Source: Octopus vulgaris (lineage: Eukaryota). Taken from it: DNA of 64,000 nt. The position numbers were made by a program, and so were the translations under genes. The notes under the pieces were generated by a model. The model was not told the DNA's origin. It saw nothing but the letters and a program-made list of their open reading frames with translations, and searched no databases. How positions within the stretch are numbered: position 1 is the stretch's first letter; each line of letters begins with the position of its first letter. Below, piece by piece: positions 25,143 to 39,040 of the stretch. Location: positions 131,688,001 to 131,752,000 of the forward strand of contig OX597819.1 in NCBI GenBank assembly GCA_951406725.2, given 5' to 3'.

Positions 25143-26511
25143 CTATTATTTATTAAAATGGTTAAGTTCATCTAGTGAGTTATGTCCCTTTAGTGATAAA
25201 TGCCTGAAAGTATTTACACCATGACACATACAAATACACACGCTTACATAATAGGCTTCCATACAGTTTCTCTCAATCAAATTTCCTTATAAGGCATTGG
25301 TGACTAACATAAAACAGGCAGAATACTTTTGGCCGGATATGGCCGGTTTAAATGCTAAAGGGTTAAGGTTATGCATGTCTGTGGAGTTCTCAGCCACTTG
25401 CACGTTAGTTTCATGAGCAGGCTGTTCTGTTGATCGGATCAACTGAAACACTTATTGTTGTAACTGACAGTTTATAAACAGAAGACAAAAGTTCTTTGTT
25501 TTGTGTGGATAGACAATGTTTGTGTGCTGTGAAATCAAATGAGGCAAAGTTGACCAAGCAGCCTGCATCGTTAATCTTGTTATGCACTGGAATATTTGCA
25601 GACTAAAAGAATGACCATACAGTACTCGTGTAGTTTATCATGTTGGAATACCTGATCAATCACGAAATCAAACGATCTTGCAGAAGATGTGGCCTTCGGC
25701 ACATTCTCTTCTTACAATGTCTCCTGAAACCGCCAATTCTTAAATGCCTACCTAGCACAAAAGTTCAAACTCTGTGTACTTGTGTCCTGCTAAAAGAACC
25801 CTTCATTGTTTTTATGTTCCTGACAATTGCTTACCTGAAACAAATTAAACATCTTCAAACCAGCATGGCATCATTCTCCGCATCACTGAGTCCTTTTATT
25901 CTTCCTCAATAAACTCTTTTAATGAACAAAAACAAGGAAGAAATTCCAGAAAAGTTCCAAAGTTAGAAATAGCAAGACTTAGCAAGTAGCCTTCATCATC
26001 CTTTAATATCCATTTTCCATGCTAGCATAGGTTGCACAGTTTCATAGGAGGTGGCCAGCTAAAGAGTTGCCTAGGCTCCGTTGTCTGTTTTGGAATGGTT
26101 TCTATGTCCTTTCTAATGCCAACCACTTTACAGAGTGGACTGGGTGCTTTTTACATGGCACCAGTGGGGGTTGTCAGTTGAGACATTAGGAAGTGATTAG
26201 TAATTATGTTTATGAGGTGCTAATGAAATGTCTACTCGTTAGCTAATAATTTAAGGTATTTGACACTTGAATATGATTAGTAACTTTCTCCAGGTGATAT
26301 CTTTGTTTAGCCTAAGGCAGTGAGATACCAGAATAATTCTTAGCATAACCAGGAAAAATCCTTAACAGCATTTCGTTTGTCTTTATGTTCTGAATTCAAA
26401 TACCTTTTAAGGTTGACGGAATCAATAAAAGTACCAGTTAAGCACTGCGGTTGCTGTAATTTATTTGACTCTTCCCTGGAAATTACTGACCTTGTGCTAA
26501 AATTTGAAAGT

Positions 26512-26718
26512 CTTGCCAGCCTCGTCTGGCACCTGTGTCGGTGGCACATAAAATCACCCACTACACTCTCGGAGTGGTTGGCGTTAGGAAGGGCATCCAG
26601 CTGTAGAAACACTGCCAGATCTGACTGGCCTGATGCAGCCTTCGGGCTTGCCAGACCCCAGTTGAACCGTCCAACCCATGCTAGCATGGAAAGCGGACGT
26701 TAAACGATGATGATGATG
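26512..26718 (+). mobile_element. 5'-truncated RTE 3'-tail copy
   Basis: GGCGTTAGGAAGGGCATCCAGCTGTAGAAAC...GGACGTTAAACGATGATGATGATG. Confidence 0.9.
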
Positions 26719-26824
26719 TCTTCGCTTAGCCTCTGGCTTTACAAGAGGCTACACCAATATCATAAATGCCATACTTTTTTTTTTTCTTTCAGTTGGTTTA
26801 TAGACTATTCAAACAGGTTTATCA

Positions 26825-29800
26825 CATGCAATGTTTAAAAATTTTATTTAAAATTGTAAATAAAAGAGATTAAATTGCTGAAAGTCTGCCCAACCATCCA
26901 CAGATCTATTTAGAGTTTGTTAGACAAGATTATTGAGTATCTTGTCTTGTCTTTATGCATTAGCAAGTCAACCAAGCTTGGAAACAGTTGGATTTGTATT
27001 ACCATCCACCGTTTAAATAAAACAACCACCCACACAAGCTGTGACGTTAGACTAATCATGTTAAAAATGTTTCTAAAAGAAACTGAGAAACTAAACAAAC
27101 AGTGATGTAAAACCCGAGATGTGTTTTGAAAACACATCTAAAGGAACTAGTTTCTTGTTTTGGTTTGAAACGGCAGACAACTGTTTCTTTATCTTTATCT
27201 GTTACAAAGAACAAAGTCCTCTCCAAGAAAGAAATACTGACAAGGAATACATAGAACTCATAAGAAATATAACAAGGAAAGAAAATACAAAATTTTAGAC
27301 ATAGTTCTCTCAGAGAATGCTTTTATTTTCATCTTCATTTTATTTTTCTCTTTGTTGTTGTAATGTCAGATTTACCAAAAATATTATTGGCAGCAGTAAT
27401 TTTTTTTTTTTTTTTTTTTTTTTTTTTGCACAAGCAGAGCAGAGAATTGAAATAATGGATAAAACAGCAGACAGTAGTGGAAGTTGTACAAAGAGAGGCA
27501 AAAATAACAAAAGGACAGTTTCCAAATCAATAAGAACATATATCAGTTGGTGTAGTGTGTGGTTGCTGAGAAAAATAATATAGGAGCCGGGGGGGGGGGG
27601 GGTGAGGCAAGACAAAGGATGCAAGGCAACAACTAAAGTTCCCACTGAACAGGAAAAAGATGGGTTTGGTTTCCAGGCAAAAGACATCAGCAAACTAAGT
27701 TTTGATGAAAACATTTCAAGAATTAAAAAAGAAAAATCTAACTCTTGTATATCAAATGAAACCAAGAAGGGTTTTCAAGATGAGGGAGAGAAAAAGGGGG
27801 GAAACAAACAAACCACTTATGTTGCCATTTCTAGCTCTAACAACATGAATACAGCAGGAGAGAGAGGAGAGAGAGAGGAGAGAGAGAGAGATGAAGGCAG
27901 TTGAAAAGTTCTTTTTATAAAAGTGCAATTTCATACATCATCGTCTAAAATAAATATTATATATTTGTGTGTATATACATATATACACACACACACATAT
28001 ATGCAAATTCTGTAGTATGTGTTTTTATTTTTTGTTTAACAGGAATATAAACTATATTACTTTGTAAGAAATTTTTATGGTGTAGTCAGTGTCCTGAAAT
28101 ATTTAAGAAAAAACGAAAAAACAAGACTTACCTGCATGTTTGTAACTAGTGTTACCGGATTGTAATTTTTTTTTATTGAAAACAGAGAAAAAAAATCTTA
28201 CAAAGATTTATTTGATTGTAGATTGTTTTAAGATAATCAGGCAACATTAAATTGTTGATGATTATCTTAATGTCCGAGGCAAGATTGAGAAGAAATTCTT
28301 TAAAAAATTTTTTTTTTAAATCCATGGTATATCATCAGTAATATATTTAAAATCTCTTTAAAAGATGAATACAAACAGGTTTTCTCAAAATTCTTCAAAT
28401 TTGGCTTAAAGTGGGGAAATAAAATAAAAAAAAAAAACAAGTATTTTTGATAATCTATTTTCACCTTAAAATCCCATGATCTACGCTTTATGTATAAGAC
28501 ATCATCATTAGACGTATTTATATTTCAAATAATATTTTGTGGTTCAAAAAGAAACCTCGATTTTCTTTGATTTATGTTATACATAGATTGAGATTAATAT
28601 TTCATAAAGGGAAAAGTTGGTATTATGAACAGAACTAATATTTGAGTGTAACTCGGACTGTAAACACATACCCAATAGTTTTGGACAGTCAACCTTGTCT
28701 TATTGAGTGAAAGAGAATATATATATAAAAAAAAAAAAAATTTTAAAAAAACAATAGTGGTTAACTTTGACCAACTATACAAGAGTCACAGAGCATATAT
28801 TCTGTGAATGCTGCTGAGAAAAACAGTGTTCTTAAAATTGATTTAGAAATTAAAGAGATGACAGGAGAAATATGAACTTTACAGAGGGAATTCTTGGATA
28901 GAAGATCAACTTTTAGAGATGAGTCAAGATGTTAATGACTTGGTCTCAAAAGCAAATTCCATAGCTTCCACCCAACCCAATTTCTAAAAGAAAAATATCC
29001 AAAAATTTGAAATGTTTGGTATGATGCAACATGTTTCAATTCCTTCTTCCAAACTTTAAGAAAATTGTTGGCACAATACAAGATGAAAGACTTCACATCA
29101 GAAATGATGCATGACTAGTCAACAACATCCATCATAATTTTTAAAATGTTATCTTGTTTTCTCATTTCAATTACAGATGAGTCGGGTTCACAGACAAGGT
29201 TGTTGGTTCTATAGAAAACCTTGTTAAAGTAGGTTTGAAATCCTGGTTACTCTACCCAGAGATTAAACTCTGCACACTACTACTGCTACCTCTATAAACG
29301 TGTATTGAATGCTCTTGGGGTTTTGGATGATAAAATAGACAGACACACACAATAAATATATAACTTTTCGTTTATTTTAGTAAGAATAGAAAATCATTTA
29401 TCAGTAGCTGAATTTTGTTCCACACACCATTAGACATAAAATGTGTGAAATAATCTACAGGGTATTACTTTTGTGATTTAGGTAGATTTCATCACAAGTC
29501 TGATAGAATTAGAGAAATCAAACATTTTCAAGATCAGTAAATATAATAGAGTTTGGAATTTCTTAAGTAATTTTGTGCGCTCAAAAAACACTGTTTTGAA
29601 CAGTAAAATTATTTGATAGAAAGGAGCAATAAAAACTAAGTACAGTTTCACTTTATGATGTCCAATATAACTTTACATAATTGACTGATAAAATTTATTG
29701 AACAAAATTAAACAGAAGTTCTGAAATTGAAACAAATTATATTTATTGGTGTCTAAATTACCAAAATGAACCAACTTTAGAGACTAAAAGAAAAGGTGGG

Positions 29801-31216
29801 TACCACCTAGGCAGAATTAGTTCCTTTGTGTCAATCTTTGGCGCAGCTTGCTAAATACATTTCAGAAGATATTATATAATTCTAAATTGAAAATTTGTTT
29901 TTATTTCTATTATTTCCAAATAGGTACAACCCCCTCTTCCTTAACAAAAATATTTGATTTCTTTTTCAAGCATTAATTAATTAAAAAAAGCTTTCACAAA
30001 TATTGTTATAATTTTTAAAAAACAGCAGCAAAAAAAAAATGGTAACAAAATTCAATATTCTTTTGGCTTCGTTATTTCATTTTGTTTTATATATACATAC
30101 ATATGTGTATATACATTTATGTATATATGCATATATATATTTAAAAGCAGTTAAAACTGAGTTTCTTGTCACATTCTTTCACAGCCTACCAACACATACT
30201 TGAAATCTAAAGAGAGACCATTATCACCATCATGATTACAATTTAATTGAATTTTTATTTTAAAAAGGTAAAAAGATTATATAAATTGAACCAATTTGAT
30301 ATCTTATAATTCATTATCCCAGCAACAAGTCATTTTATATTCACTTTGTCTCCAAGTTGCCATCGTTTAAGATAATCAATAAATTGGAAATTATGAAACC
30401 TTTTCTTGGTTTTAGGGCACACAGCATGGAAGACTTATTATAACAAGTGTGAGAGAGTGTGATGTATTTTAATAGCAACAGAAAATGTCCATTTGCTCAA
30501 ATACTTTATAATTTTTAGCTGCGCCACAGTTTAGGAAGAAATTTATAAGTAAAACAACAGACAGCATAAATTAGTTATGCAAAACATATAGGCTTAACGA
30601 TAATGATAGGCTTAATAATAATGAAAAAAATTACTGCATTTCCAAAGATTTTGTTAAACTAACAAAAACGAATATTGATAGTTTTCTTAAATCAATTGAG
30701 GTTTTAACTGTGTTAAACTGTTTTTTTCTTCTTGTGGATACAAAAAATTAAAAAATAAGCTCATACCTGGAGAAATAAATGGGAAAAATTACTTCAAAAA
30801 TGAAATTAACTCTTTAATCATAAACTTAGAATGCGTTGATAAATAAACAAAATTGAAAATTTAGGAATATTTTAGCACGATATAAATTATTTCCCAAATT
30901 TTATTGAAACAAGCTCAAATTCAATGAAAAAAAAAATCTTGAAAAAAATAACTTCAAAAATATTTATTGTATTTTTTTTCTTCAACACTTTGTTTAAAGA
31001 AAATTTAGCACAGCAGACCATAATTATAGAAAAGCTACTTGATTTATTTTGTCAGGTTTTTCCTTAACGAGCTGCATGGATCAGGGAAATTATCAAAGGA
31101 GACTTTAGAAAGATGGAATGCATTAAAAAATGAGCATTTTAAAATTAGAAGATTAAAAAGAGAGTCAGTGGAAAAGGAATCATGCAGACAGAACTAAAAA
31201 AAAAAGAAAAAATGGT
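26825..31216 (-). other. Probable long 3' UTR of the nucleoside-phosphorylase-domain gene
   Basis: About 4.4 kb immediately after the stop codon has no recognisable SINE or LINE, unlike its flanks. Several minus-strand AATAAA occur, the most distal at 26843-26848. The true end is unknown. Confidence 0.45.
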
Positions 31217-31962
31217 TTAGAAATCTTCATCTACTAAAGGATTGATTAAGGCCTTTATAATTGTTTTCATGAAAGCAGCAGCTGTAAGAGCGGCATAAGG
31301 TTGCCATTCTTTGTTCTTGGAGCCATCGGTATAATCAGATATGCCACGAATAAACATGAAACTGTCTTTCCGATTGCCAATAATAGACTCAAGAACTTGA
31401 TCAAATTCAGTATCGAAAGCTTTGATGTTATATTTCCCAGCAAAATCAAGCCGGATGGCATCGCTTTTGACCACAGGCCGGCCTGAACCAAGGACACCGT
31501 AATGAACCCTCGGCTTGTCTGGATCGAAATTGGAAGCAATCTCCTTTGGTGGTTGTGGGTGTTCAACTTCAATGACGTTGTCTTCTCCAATATTCATATA
31601 AAGACGGTCAGTAGTGGAAGAGGGACGCATAAAGTGGACTTCTTGACCTTGCAATAATTTCTGACCTTCCTCCAAATAGAGTTCCCATGGTTTGGATTCG
31701 GGATTATTTTCACTGGTCTCAACAATCTTCCTTGCAGTTTGTTGTAAACTGCTATCTTTAGGAGCAAATGTCTTGTGAAGATACTGCAAGTCTCCACTTT
31801 TGTTTTTCAGGATTTTCTCACAATAATAATAGATGACAGCTCTCTCTTCCCCTCGAGATATCACCACATCCCCTAGACGAACGTGTTTGTAATAGTCTGT
31901 GTAGTAAGGAACTCCACCTGCAACACCGACGACAAACACATGCTCTATGTTCTGGAATGTAC
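31217..31962 (-). CDS. Last coding exon: C-terminal part of a PNP_UDP_1-fold nucleoside phosphorylase/nucleosidase domain
   Basis: Acceptor tatttcag|GT, phase 1. It reads TFQNIEHVFVVGVAGG...VRLGDVVIS...PRVHYGVLGSGRPVVK...FDTEF...FIRGISDYTDGSKNKEWQPYAALTAAAFMK... to TAA. Confidence 0.93.
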
Positions 31963-32529
31963 CTGAAATAGAGACAAGTCAATAAACACATCTCCATTAC
32001 ATTAAATATTTTCACAAATTCTAGAAAATACATTCAATGAACTGAAATTTTTTGAAGAAGTTGAAATAATGCAAAGAATTAAGAAAAAAAAAAAGAAATT
32101 TTACATAAAATATGGACTTTCTCTTTTAACCCCCCTCCCCCATTCTTGCAATTAAAATAATGATTCACTTTTTCCTATTTTGGTTGGTAGTATTAGAGAG
32201 ACTAGTAAGTTAAGCATTTGCTCTGCTGTGCCTGGGCTGAGTCCAGAAGCAAGTGCCTAGCCTTGTGTACACTGACCATGTCTCTATTCATGAAAATGCC
32301 ATGAAAGAATAAGTCAATATGTTTGTGGCATCTGCACAGCCTCAGAGGATGCCAGATATTGGTTTAGTATAACCATATCTGCTTCACGGTCCCTTCCCTC
32401 CAGATTTTCTGTAGGGGTCTGCTCCCTTAACCTTTTTAAAAATGCTCAATAAATTACTTGACAAGACAGTAGGAAACAAAATAATACAGTATTTTAATTA
32501 CAAAATCAGTTTCAATGTTAAGTCAGCTC

Positions 32530-32636
32530 AATGCTTCAGTTTTGCAGATTTGTTAAAAACAGCTGAGAGAAGAAGAAGAAGAAATGCTTCAGTTTTGCAG
32601 ATTTGTTAAAAACAGCTGAGAGAAGAAGAAGAAGAA
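32530..32636. repeat. Perfect 53-bp tandem duplication
   Basis: AATGCTTCAGTTTTGCAGATTTGTTAAAAACAGCTGAGAGAAGAAGAAGAAGA occurs twice. Confidence 0.95.
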
Positions 32637-33099
32637 TCCAGATTGTTCTAAGAACATGACTGACCACCATCCCAAGAAAATGTCTGGGTTGAAAGAGTAG
32701 TAGAAAAGAAAGCAAGAAGAGTTTGTTGGTTCTTGTCCTGACATAAGCACTAACTGGTGTCGAGACACTCTTTTGGTTGCTGTAAATATGTCCTGAAACA
32801 CAGAATCAATGTTCCGACCTTAAGATCTAAGTTCAAATTCTGCTGTAGTTAAATTTTCCTTTTATCCTTTCAGGGGCAATAAAATAGGCCCTAGTCGAGC
32901 ATTGGGGTTGATGTAAACAACTGCTAGTTAGCTGGTACTTATTCTATTGACCCCAAAAGGATGAAAGGTGAAGTTGACCTCAGCAGCATTTGAACTCAGG
33001 ACATAAAGATGGATAAAATGCCACTAAGCATTTTTGCCTGGCATGCTAATGGCTCTGCCAGCCCACCACCGTAACAAATTGAGTGACAAACTCTAATAA

Positions 33100-33320
33100 T
33101 AATCCTTTCTATTGAAAGCACAAGGCCTGGAATTTTGGGGGAGGAGGCAAGTTGATTACATCGACCCCAGTGATATAACTGGTACTTATTTCCTCAATCC
33201 CAAATGGATGAAAGGCAAAATCCACCTCTGCGGAATTTGAACTCAGAACGTAAAGACAGGCAAAATACCACTAAGCATTTCGCCTGGTGTGCTAACCACT
33301 CTGCCATCTCACTGCTTTAA
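33100..33320 (-). mobile_element. tRNA-derived SINE family B (neighbouring copies at ~32820-33070)
   Basis: Minus strand GAGTTCAAATTCC B-box followed by GCCTTTCATCC...AAATAAGTACCAGT, shared with 37972-38190. Confidence 0.75.
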
Positions 33321-36300
33321 ACTCTCTAATAATAATAACAGGAAAGTAGAGTGTTAGACAATCTTCTCTCCACAGATGCCTAATATTGAAACGTGTGATA
33401 TAAAACAACATGTTTCTGATTGTTAACTACAGGATGTTTGTAAACCGAGACAATGAAGCACTCCTGTAAATATCTACATCAACAGTACAGACTAACCTCT
33501 CTGTATAACACAGCTCAGCTCAACATCAGCAAACCTTACAACAACATTTGATACATGTAACAGTATACAGCAGAAGGGAGATAGCAAAACAAAAGCTAAG
33601 CGTTCAGTTAGAAAACAGCTTGGAAGGATGCCAGGTGTATCGGCTTCAAATGCAGAAAGCAGTTGTAAAATTGATCTCACTGCAAACGGGGACAGGCGTG
33701 ACTGTGTTTACATTGTAACCACAGAATTCCAGGTTCAATTCCACTGTAGAACACCTCGAGGAAGTGTCTTCTATAAAACTTGGGACAAACCAATGCCTTC
33801 TGAGTGGATTCTGGTACATGGAAACTGTGTGTCTGTGTGTGTGTGTGTGTGTGTGTGCACACACGTGTATGATTGACAAAAGAACGGGAGTTACATAATA
33901 ACTTTCATTAGCTTACAGCTGTTTCTGCTTCAAGAAGCATTGTACTCAGAGCAGAGTGCAACATCTTTTAGCATCATTTGAGCCATATGTAGCTTGCTTT
34001 CCAACCACATAGTTTTAGGTTCAGTCCTGTCACATGGCGCCTTGAGTAAGTGTCTACTATTTATACCTCTGGGTCAACCTAAGTCTTTGGAAATTAATTT
34101 GGTAGAAGGAAACTGAAAGGAGCATGTCATGTTTGTGTGTGAGTGTCAACCACCATCACTTGACAACCGGTATTGGTTTGTTTACATCCCCATAACTGAG
34201 TAGATTGGCAAAAGAGATTGATAGAGTACGTACCAGGCTTAAAAAATAAGAACTAGTGTCAATTTGTCTGACTAAAACCCAAGGATTGAAACAAGTCAAA
34301 TATATACTTTTATTTTTATGTCCATTTTTCTAAGCTAGTATGGGTTAGATGAATCTATTATCGGGGCCTTGTTTTATATCTTGTGTCCTTTTAACATTTG
34401 ATGGTGATCCTGCCAGTCATGGTGGATCACTCCCTCCCTATAGCATCTAATTTTCTAACACAAGTCCAACATAGCATGTTTCTGACTATCCATTATGGTT
34501 CTGCTGTTTCCCCTGCTTTCACATCCTTAATGCACAGATAAAGAATTGGAATTCATATTATTATGGTGCCAGATATAATGCCTTGTGGTATTTGTTTTAG
34601 TTAAATGCATTTTGAGTTCAAATCAAATAGAGGTCAACACTGTCTTTCATCCAGGGTTGATAACTAAAGTGCCAGTCAAATGCTGGAATCAATTCTTTGC
34701 TCCTTCTCAGAATTGGCAGCACTCTGCTGCAGAAAGACATGCAAGAAGAACTTGATGCTAACCTTTACCAGTTTTAAAATCAAGGCATTTTTTAAAAAGT
34801 TCCATACATCTTTGAAGGTGAATAACAAGTGAACAATTTGTTGACAGGGGTAATGACAACAACATCACCACTTGTTGTAGCTTAGTGATTTTCAAATGTG
34901 CAAATTTAAACACATGTAAACTCAAACACATACATGCATATATACAATGGGCTTCTTTCAGTTTCCATCTACCAAATTCATTCAAAAGGCTCAGGCCCAG
35001 AAATATAGTAAAAGACACTTGCTTAATATGTCATACAGTGGGACTGAACCTGGAACCATGTATTTGGGAAGTGAACTTCTTAACCACACAACCAGCCCTG
35101 CATATGCAGAGATGTGTGTGTGTGTGTGTGTGTGTAAGTCAGATAGACTTCATAGTCACCAGGAAATAGGACACACAGTTGCTTACGCATCTTAAGTCTT
35201 GTCCTAAATGAAAACTATCACTCGACAAAGATTAGTAATTGATGACCTCTTAGCGTGGGGGAAGCACAAGGCAACCTTTAGAAAGATGGTGTGGAAGCTG
35301 AAAGAACCTGCAGTCAGATGTAGCTTCTAAGAAATATTAGGCAAGATAGCGACCTATAAGACGGAAGACAACTGGAACAATCAGTTGTGAACCACAGACC
35401 GGAGAAGAATGGATGGAGCAAAGTTCTAGCTGGATGGAATGGTATAGGAGATGGTGCCATAAAAACTATGAGACTTGCTTGAGAAGAATGGAGGGTAGAG
35501 ACATTATTTGGTAGCTAGACAAAAAGTTAGATGTGAGGTGTAGTTAATAAGATACAAACATAATCAGAAAAAAAAAATCCAGTACTTTCAAATATACCCT
35601 GTATAGTATTTGTTCTACACTGACTTACAGATACTCCCTTGACACTGTTGCTGTCAGAAATGGATGCAACTAGTAATTGGTAGAAAACTTAAAATTTGAG
35701 CAGAATTTAGGTTAGTTGAAATATGTTTGTCATATACCTCAACTGCTAAAGGTAAATACATGGCAGTTACCACGGAGAAAAAAATCTCTCTTATGGTAAA
35801 AAGGTGTGAAAACACCTGGTTCATTCAGTGTCATCATCTCTCAAATGAGATATAATAGAATTAAATAAATACTTTGTGTAGTGCAGTGGTTCACAGACCC
35901 CTTTTAATATGCTTGTCCTTATCTATACACATACATACATATATAGATTTGAAATTTTGAATTTAGTTCATGGACCCCCCCCCCAGTACTACCTTTGTGG
36001 ACAACGCTTTCCATGCTAGCATGGGTTGGATGATTTGACTGAGGACTGGCGAATCAGATGGCTGCACCAGGCTCCAATCTTGATCTGGCAGAGTTTCTAC
36101 AGCTGGATGTCCTAGTTTATATTTTTTTTTCTGGCATATTATATATCTCAACTCAGTTATACAATTTTAATGTTGGTAGGATCAAGTCTGAGGGATATTT
36201 GGTTGCTCTTTCTAGCATTTTGTGTGATTGTATGGATGCTTCCTCATCAATTTGTAGAGTGAGCAGTATCTACCCATGGGTATCTATTTATGGTTAAATG

Positions 36301-37267
36301 TCTGATCACAGGTATAGAGGCAGCACAGGTGATCATTCAGCCCTTGATCATTGTTCTAACAACTTAATGAGTTTGATCACTTATAAATTCTGTCCAATGT
36401 CTTTGGTATAAGACACTGAGCCATGCTTTCAACATCCATAACCCTTTCAGGACTGGATTTCTGTTGAAACATACGACCCTTGTTTCAATTAATTTTGAAA
36501 ATAATGAGGAATTTACAAAAATAATTTTGTCGTTATTAATTCTGGTTTTTGGAACAAATTAACATTATTTTGAGGGAAGATTTTAATTTGGATTACTTTA
36601 AAACGAGATTGTCAAAGAACAAGGGACAGTTTCAGGCAGGTTGGTGTATAAAGGATTGCACCATGTAAAAAGCAGCCGTGTTGGTGCCACATAAAAAAAG
36701 CAGCCAGTACATTGTGGAAAGTGGTTGGCATTAGGAAGGACATCCAGCTGTAGAAATCACACCAAAACGGACAACTGGAGCAGTTTTCCTACATGTTGGT
36801 TTCTGTCAAAATGTTCAATCCATGCCAACATGGAAAATGGATGCTAAATCATGATGAAATTAGCTTCCTTTTGAATCAACAATGCACATCCAACAACAGA
36901 TCATCATCATCATCATCATCTTGTTCAATCTGTTCCTCTCCACCTTTTGCGGCTAATGTCTTTTTCATTAACATTAAATGGCTTTCATAGAAAGAAACAA
37001 AACATGATCGTGCACCGTTGTGTATTAAATAAAGCTGCTTCATTCTTACCATTGAGGGTTTTGTAATTCCTCATACAACTTAGTTTCCCTCCTAATTACA
37101 TTGGTGCCACCAATAATTCTCAACAGGAAATAATAAAAAACAACATAGAAAACAAACACTAAAAGATGTTTAACACAAAACGTTAGACTTATACTTTTTG
37201 TAACCAGGACAAATAAATACATTTAATAATTTAAGGATCATAAAAAGAAAACAACTTCTTTCCTTAC

Positions 37268-37393
37268 CAAGTAATCTTGTTGTGGTGTTTCCAGAAGAAA
37301 TCTGAGCAGATCTTGCATGGCCAATAGCAGGGAGTTTAGTTGAAACAACTTTGTGTTCTCCAATAAAACCAATTGTGTACACATTGGATTCAC
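37268..37393 (-). CDS. Internal exon of the nucleoside-phosphorylase-domain gene (126 nt, phase 1-1)
   Basis: Boundaries gtttcag|GT GAA TCC ... CTT G|gtaagg. It encodes GESNVYTIGFIGEHKVVSTKLPAIGHARSAQISSGNTTTRLLG, in frame with both neighbours. Confidence 0.92.
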
Positions 37394-37936
37394 CTGAAAC
37401 AATATAAGGAATGGTCAACTGACTTTGAAAGACTTTCTCAATGGCAACAGAGATACATTATTTATTATCATTCTAGTTCCATCTTTCTATACTCAATAGA
37501 TTCTTTCAAACACTTTTTTTAAATTCAAAACCATGCAGGATTATTAAAATGAAAAAATTTTTTAAATAAAAAAAGATGTGGGGCCCCATGACATTTTTCT
37601 CACATTCAAAATAGTCAAAACATGGAACAAATTATCCACATGAGTTGTTAGCTGTCAAGATAATGCATCCTTTGAAAATTCCATGCTTCCTGGAATTCAG
37701 CAACACTTCATCTGACATGCCTACAAACCCTTTCCTCTTTATGACTTTTACTCATTAATTTTCTCTCTTTCTGGGTTTCATCCTGAGGCCCCGAGTATGT
37801 GCTTCTGGCTTACACTGTTGGGTTTGTTTTTGTCTTCTTTATTTCACTTATTGCTGCATTTTCTCCTCTCTTTTAACCTCTTCCAACGAGATGTAGTGCA
37901 CCTGAACACTGTGTACTATAAGCACATCATTATTAC

Positions 37937-37971
<35 letters not shown>

Positions 37972-37972
<1 letters not shown>

Positions 37973-38190
37973 AGGCAGTGAGCTGGCAGAATCATGAGCA
38001 CACCAGGTTAAATCTTTAGTGGCATTTTATTGGTCTTTACATTTCGAGTTCAAATTCCACCAAGGTCTACCTTACTTTTCATCCTTTTGGGGTCGATTAA
38101 ATAAATACCAGTCATGCACTGGGATTGATGTAATCAATTTACCCACTTTCTCATAATTGCTGGCCTTGTGCCAAAATCTGAAACCATTAT
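37972..38190 (+). mobile_element. tRNA-derived SINE family B
   Basis: AAGGCAGTGAGCTGGCAGAATC...GAGTTCAAATTCC...TTTCATCCTTTTGGGGTCGAT, flanked by (ATT)n. Relatives lie at ~43185-43390, ~57160-57345 and ~62072-62225. Confidence 0.8.
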
Positions 38191-38619
38191 TATTATTATC
38201 TGCTTTTTGTCTTTTGACTATTAAAGACATAAAAAAGAGCTAAGATTATTAAATAATAATTATGATAGAAGATCCAAAGTAATACTGCTAAAGAAATAAA
38301 AGAAATGGCATTTGAGACTTTGGTCACAGCAACTTCTTATGAAGAATATCATGAAAACAGGCCACAACAGACAATGTGAAAGAAAATGGTTATAACATAA
38401 AAGCTGTAACAAAAATAAATGGCAGCACACACAGCTCAGCAGCTGTAGTGAAAGCATTTGATGAGGATAAGGGATGGCTTCTTTAATTTTTAAATTATCA
38501 ACAAGATTTACAATTGAGCAAACCTTTCTGTGTAGGTATTTGACCAAATAATTTTTAATAAAGAACATATTCATTCATGAATAGTACCACTGATATAGAC
38601 TTGTTACATTTTATACACA

Positions 38620-39040
38620 AGACAGGGGACCGAGACCTCTGGAGGTATGCTGTGACTGAGAGGACCCGGCAAATAAAGTGAGTTCACAGCTGTAGCTTAC
38701 ACCAGTGTCACATAACCAGCCCAATGAGGAGACCTATTGAGTCAAGTACATCAATATCAAAGTCAAATAAAATGGAAATTGTAGTTATGACCCCCGTGCT
38801 GGTAGCATGTAAAAAGCACCATCCAATCGTGGTCGATGCTAGGTCTTCTGGCCCATGCCATGTAAAAAGCACCCACTACACTCTTGGAGTGGCATTAGGA
38901 AGGTCATCCAGCTGTAGAAACTTTGCCAGGTCAGATTGGAGCCTGGTGCAGCCATCTGGCTCGCCAATCCTCAGTCAAACCGTCCAACCCATGCCAGCAT
39001 GGAAAACGGACGTTAAACGAAGATGATGATGATGATGATG
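38620..39040 (+). mobile_element. RTE 3' end (last ORF codons plus 3' UTR)
   Basis: GACCGAGACCTCTGGAGGTATGCTGTG (DRDLWRYAV), then the UTR and (GAT)n. Confidence 0.88.

Noticed and set aside
25640-25912. 90-aa ORF or possible exon
   Set aside because: No recognisable motif or consistent splice partners on either strand.
27317-27934. Overlapping 88-141 aa ORFs
   Set aside because: Low-complexity purine/pyrimidine tracts within the presumed 3' UTR.
31217-31939. 240-aa ORF as a stand-alone or bacterial-type gene
   Set aside because: Its GTG start lies inside a spliced exon. The acceptor at 31963-31964 and the upstream exons complete the domain.
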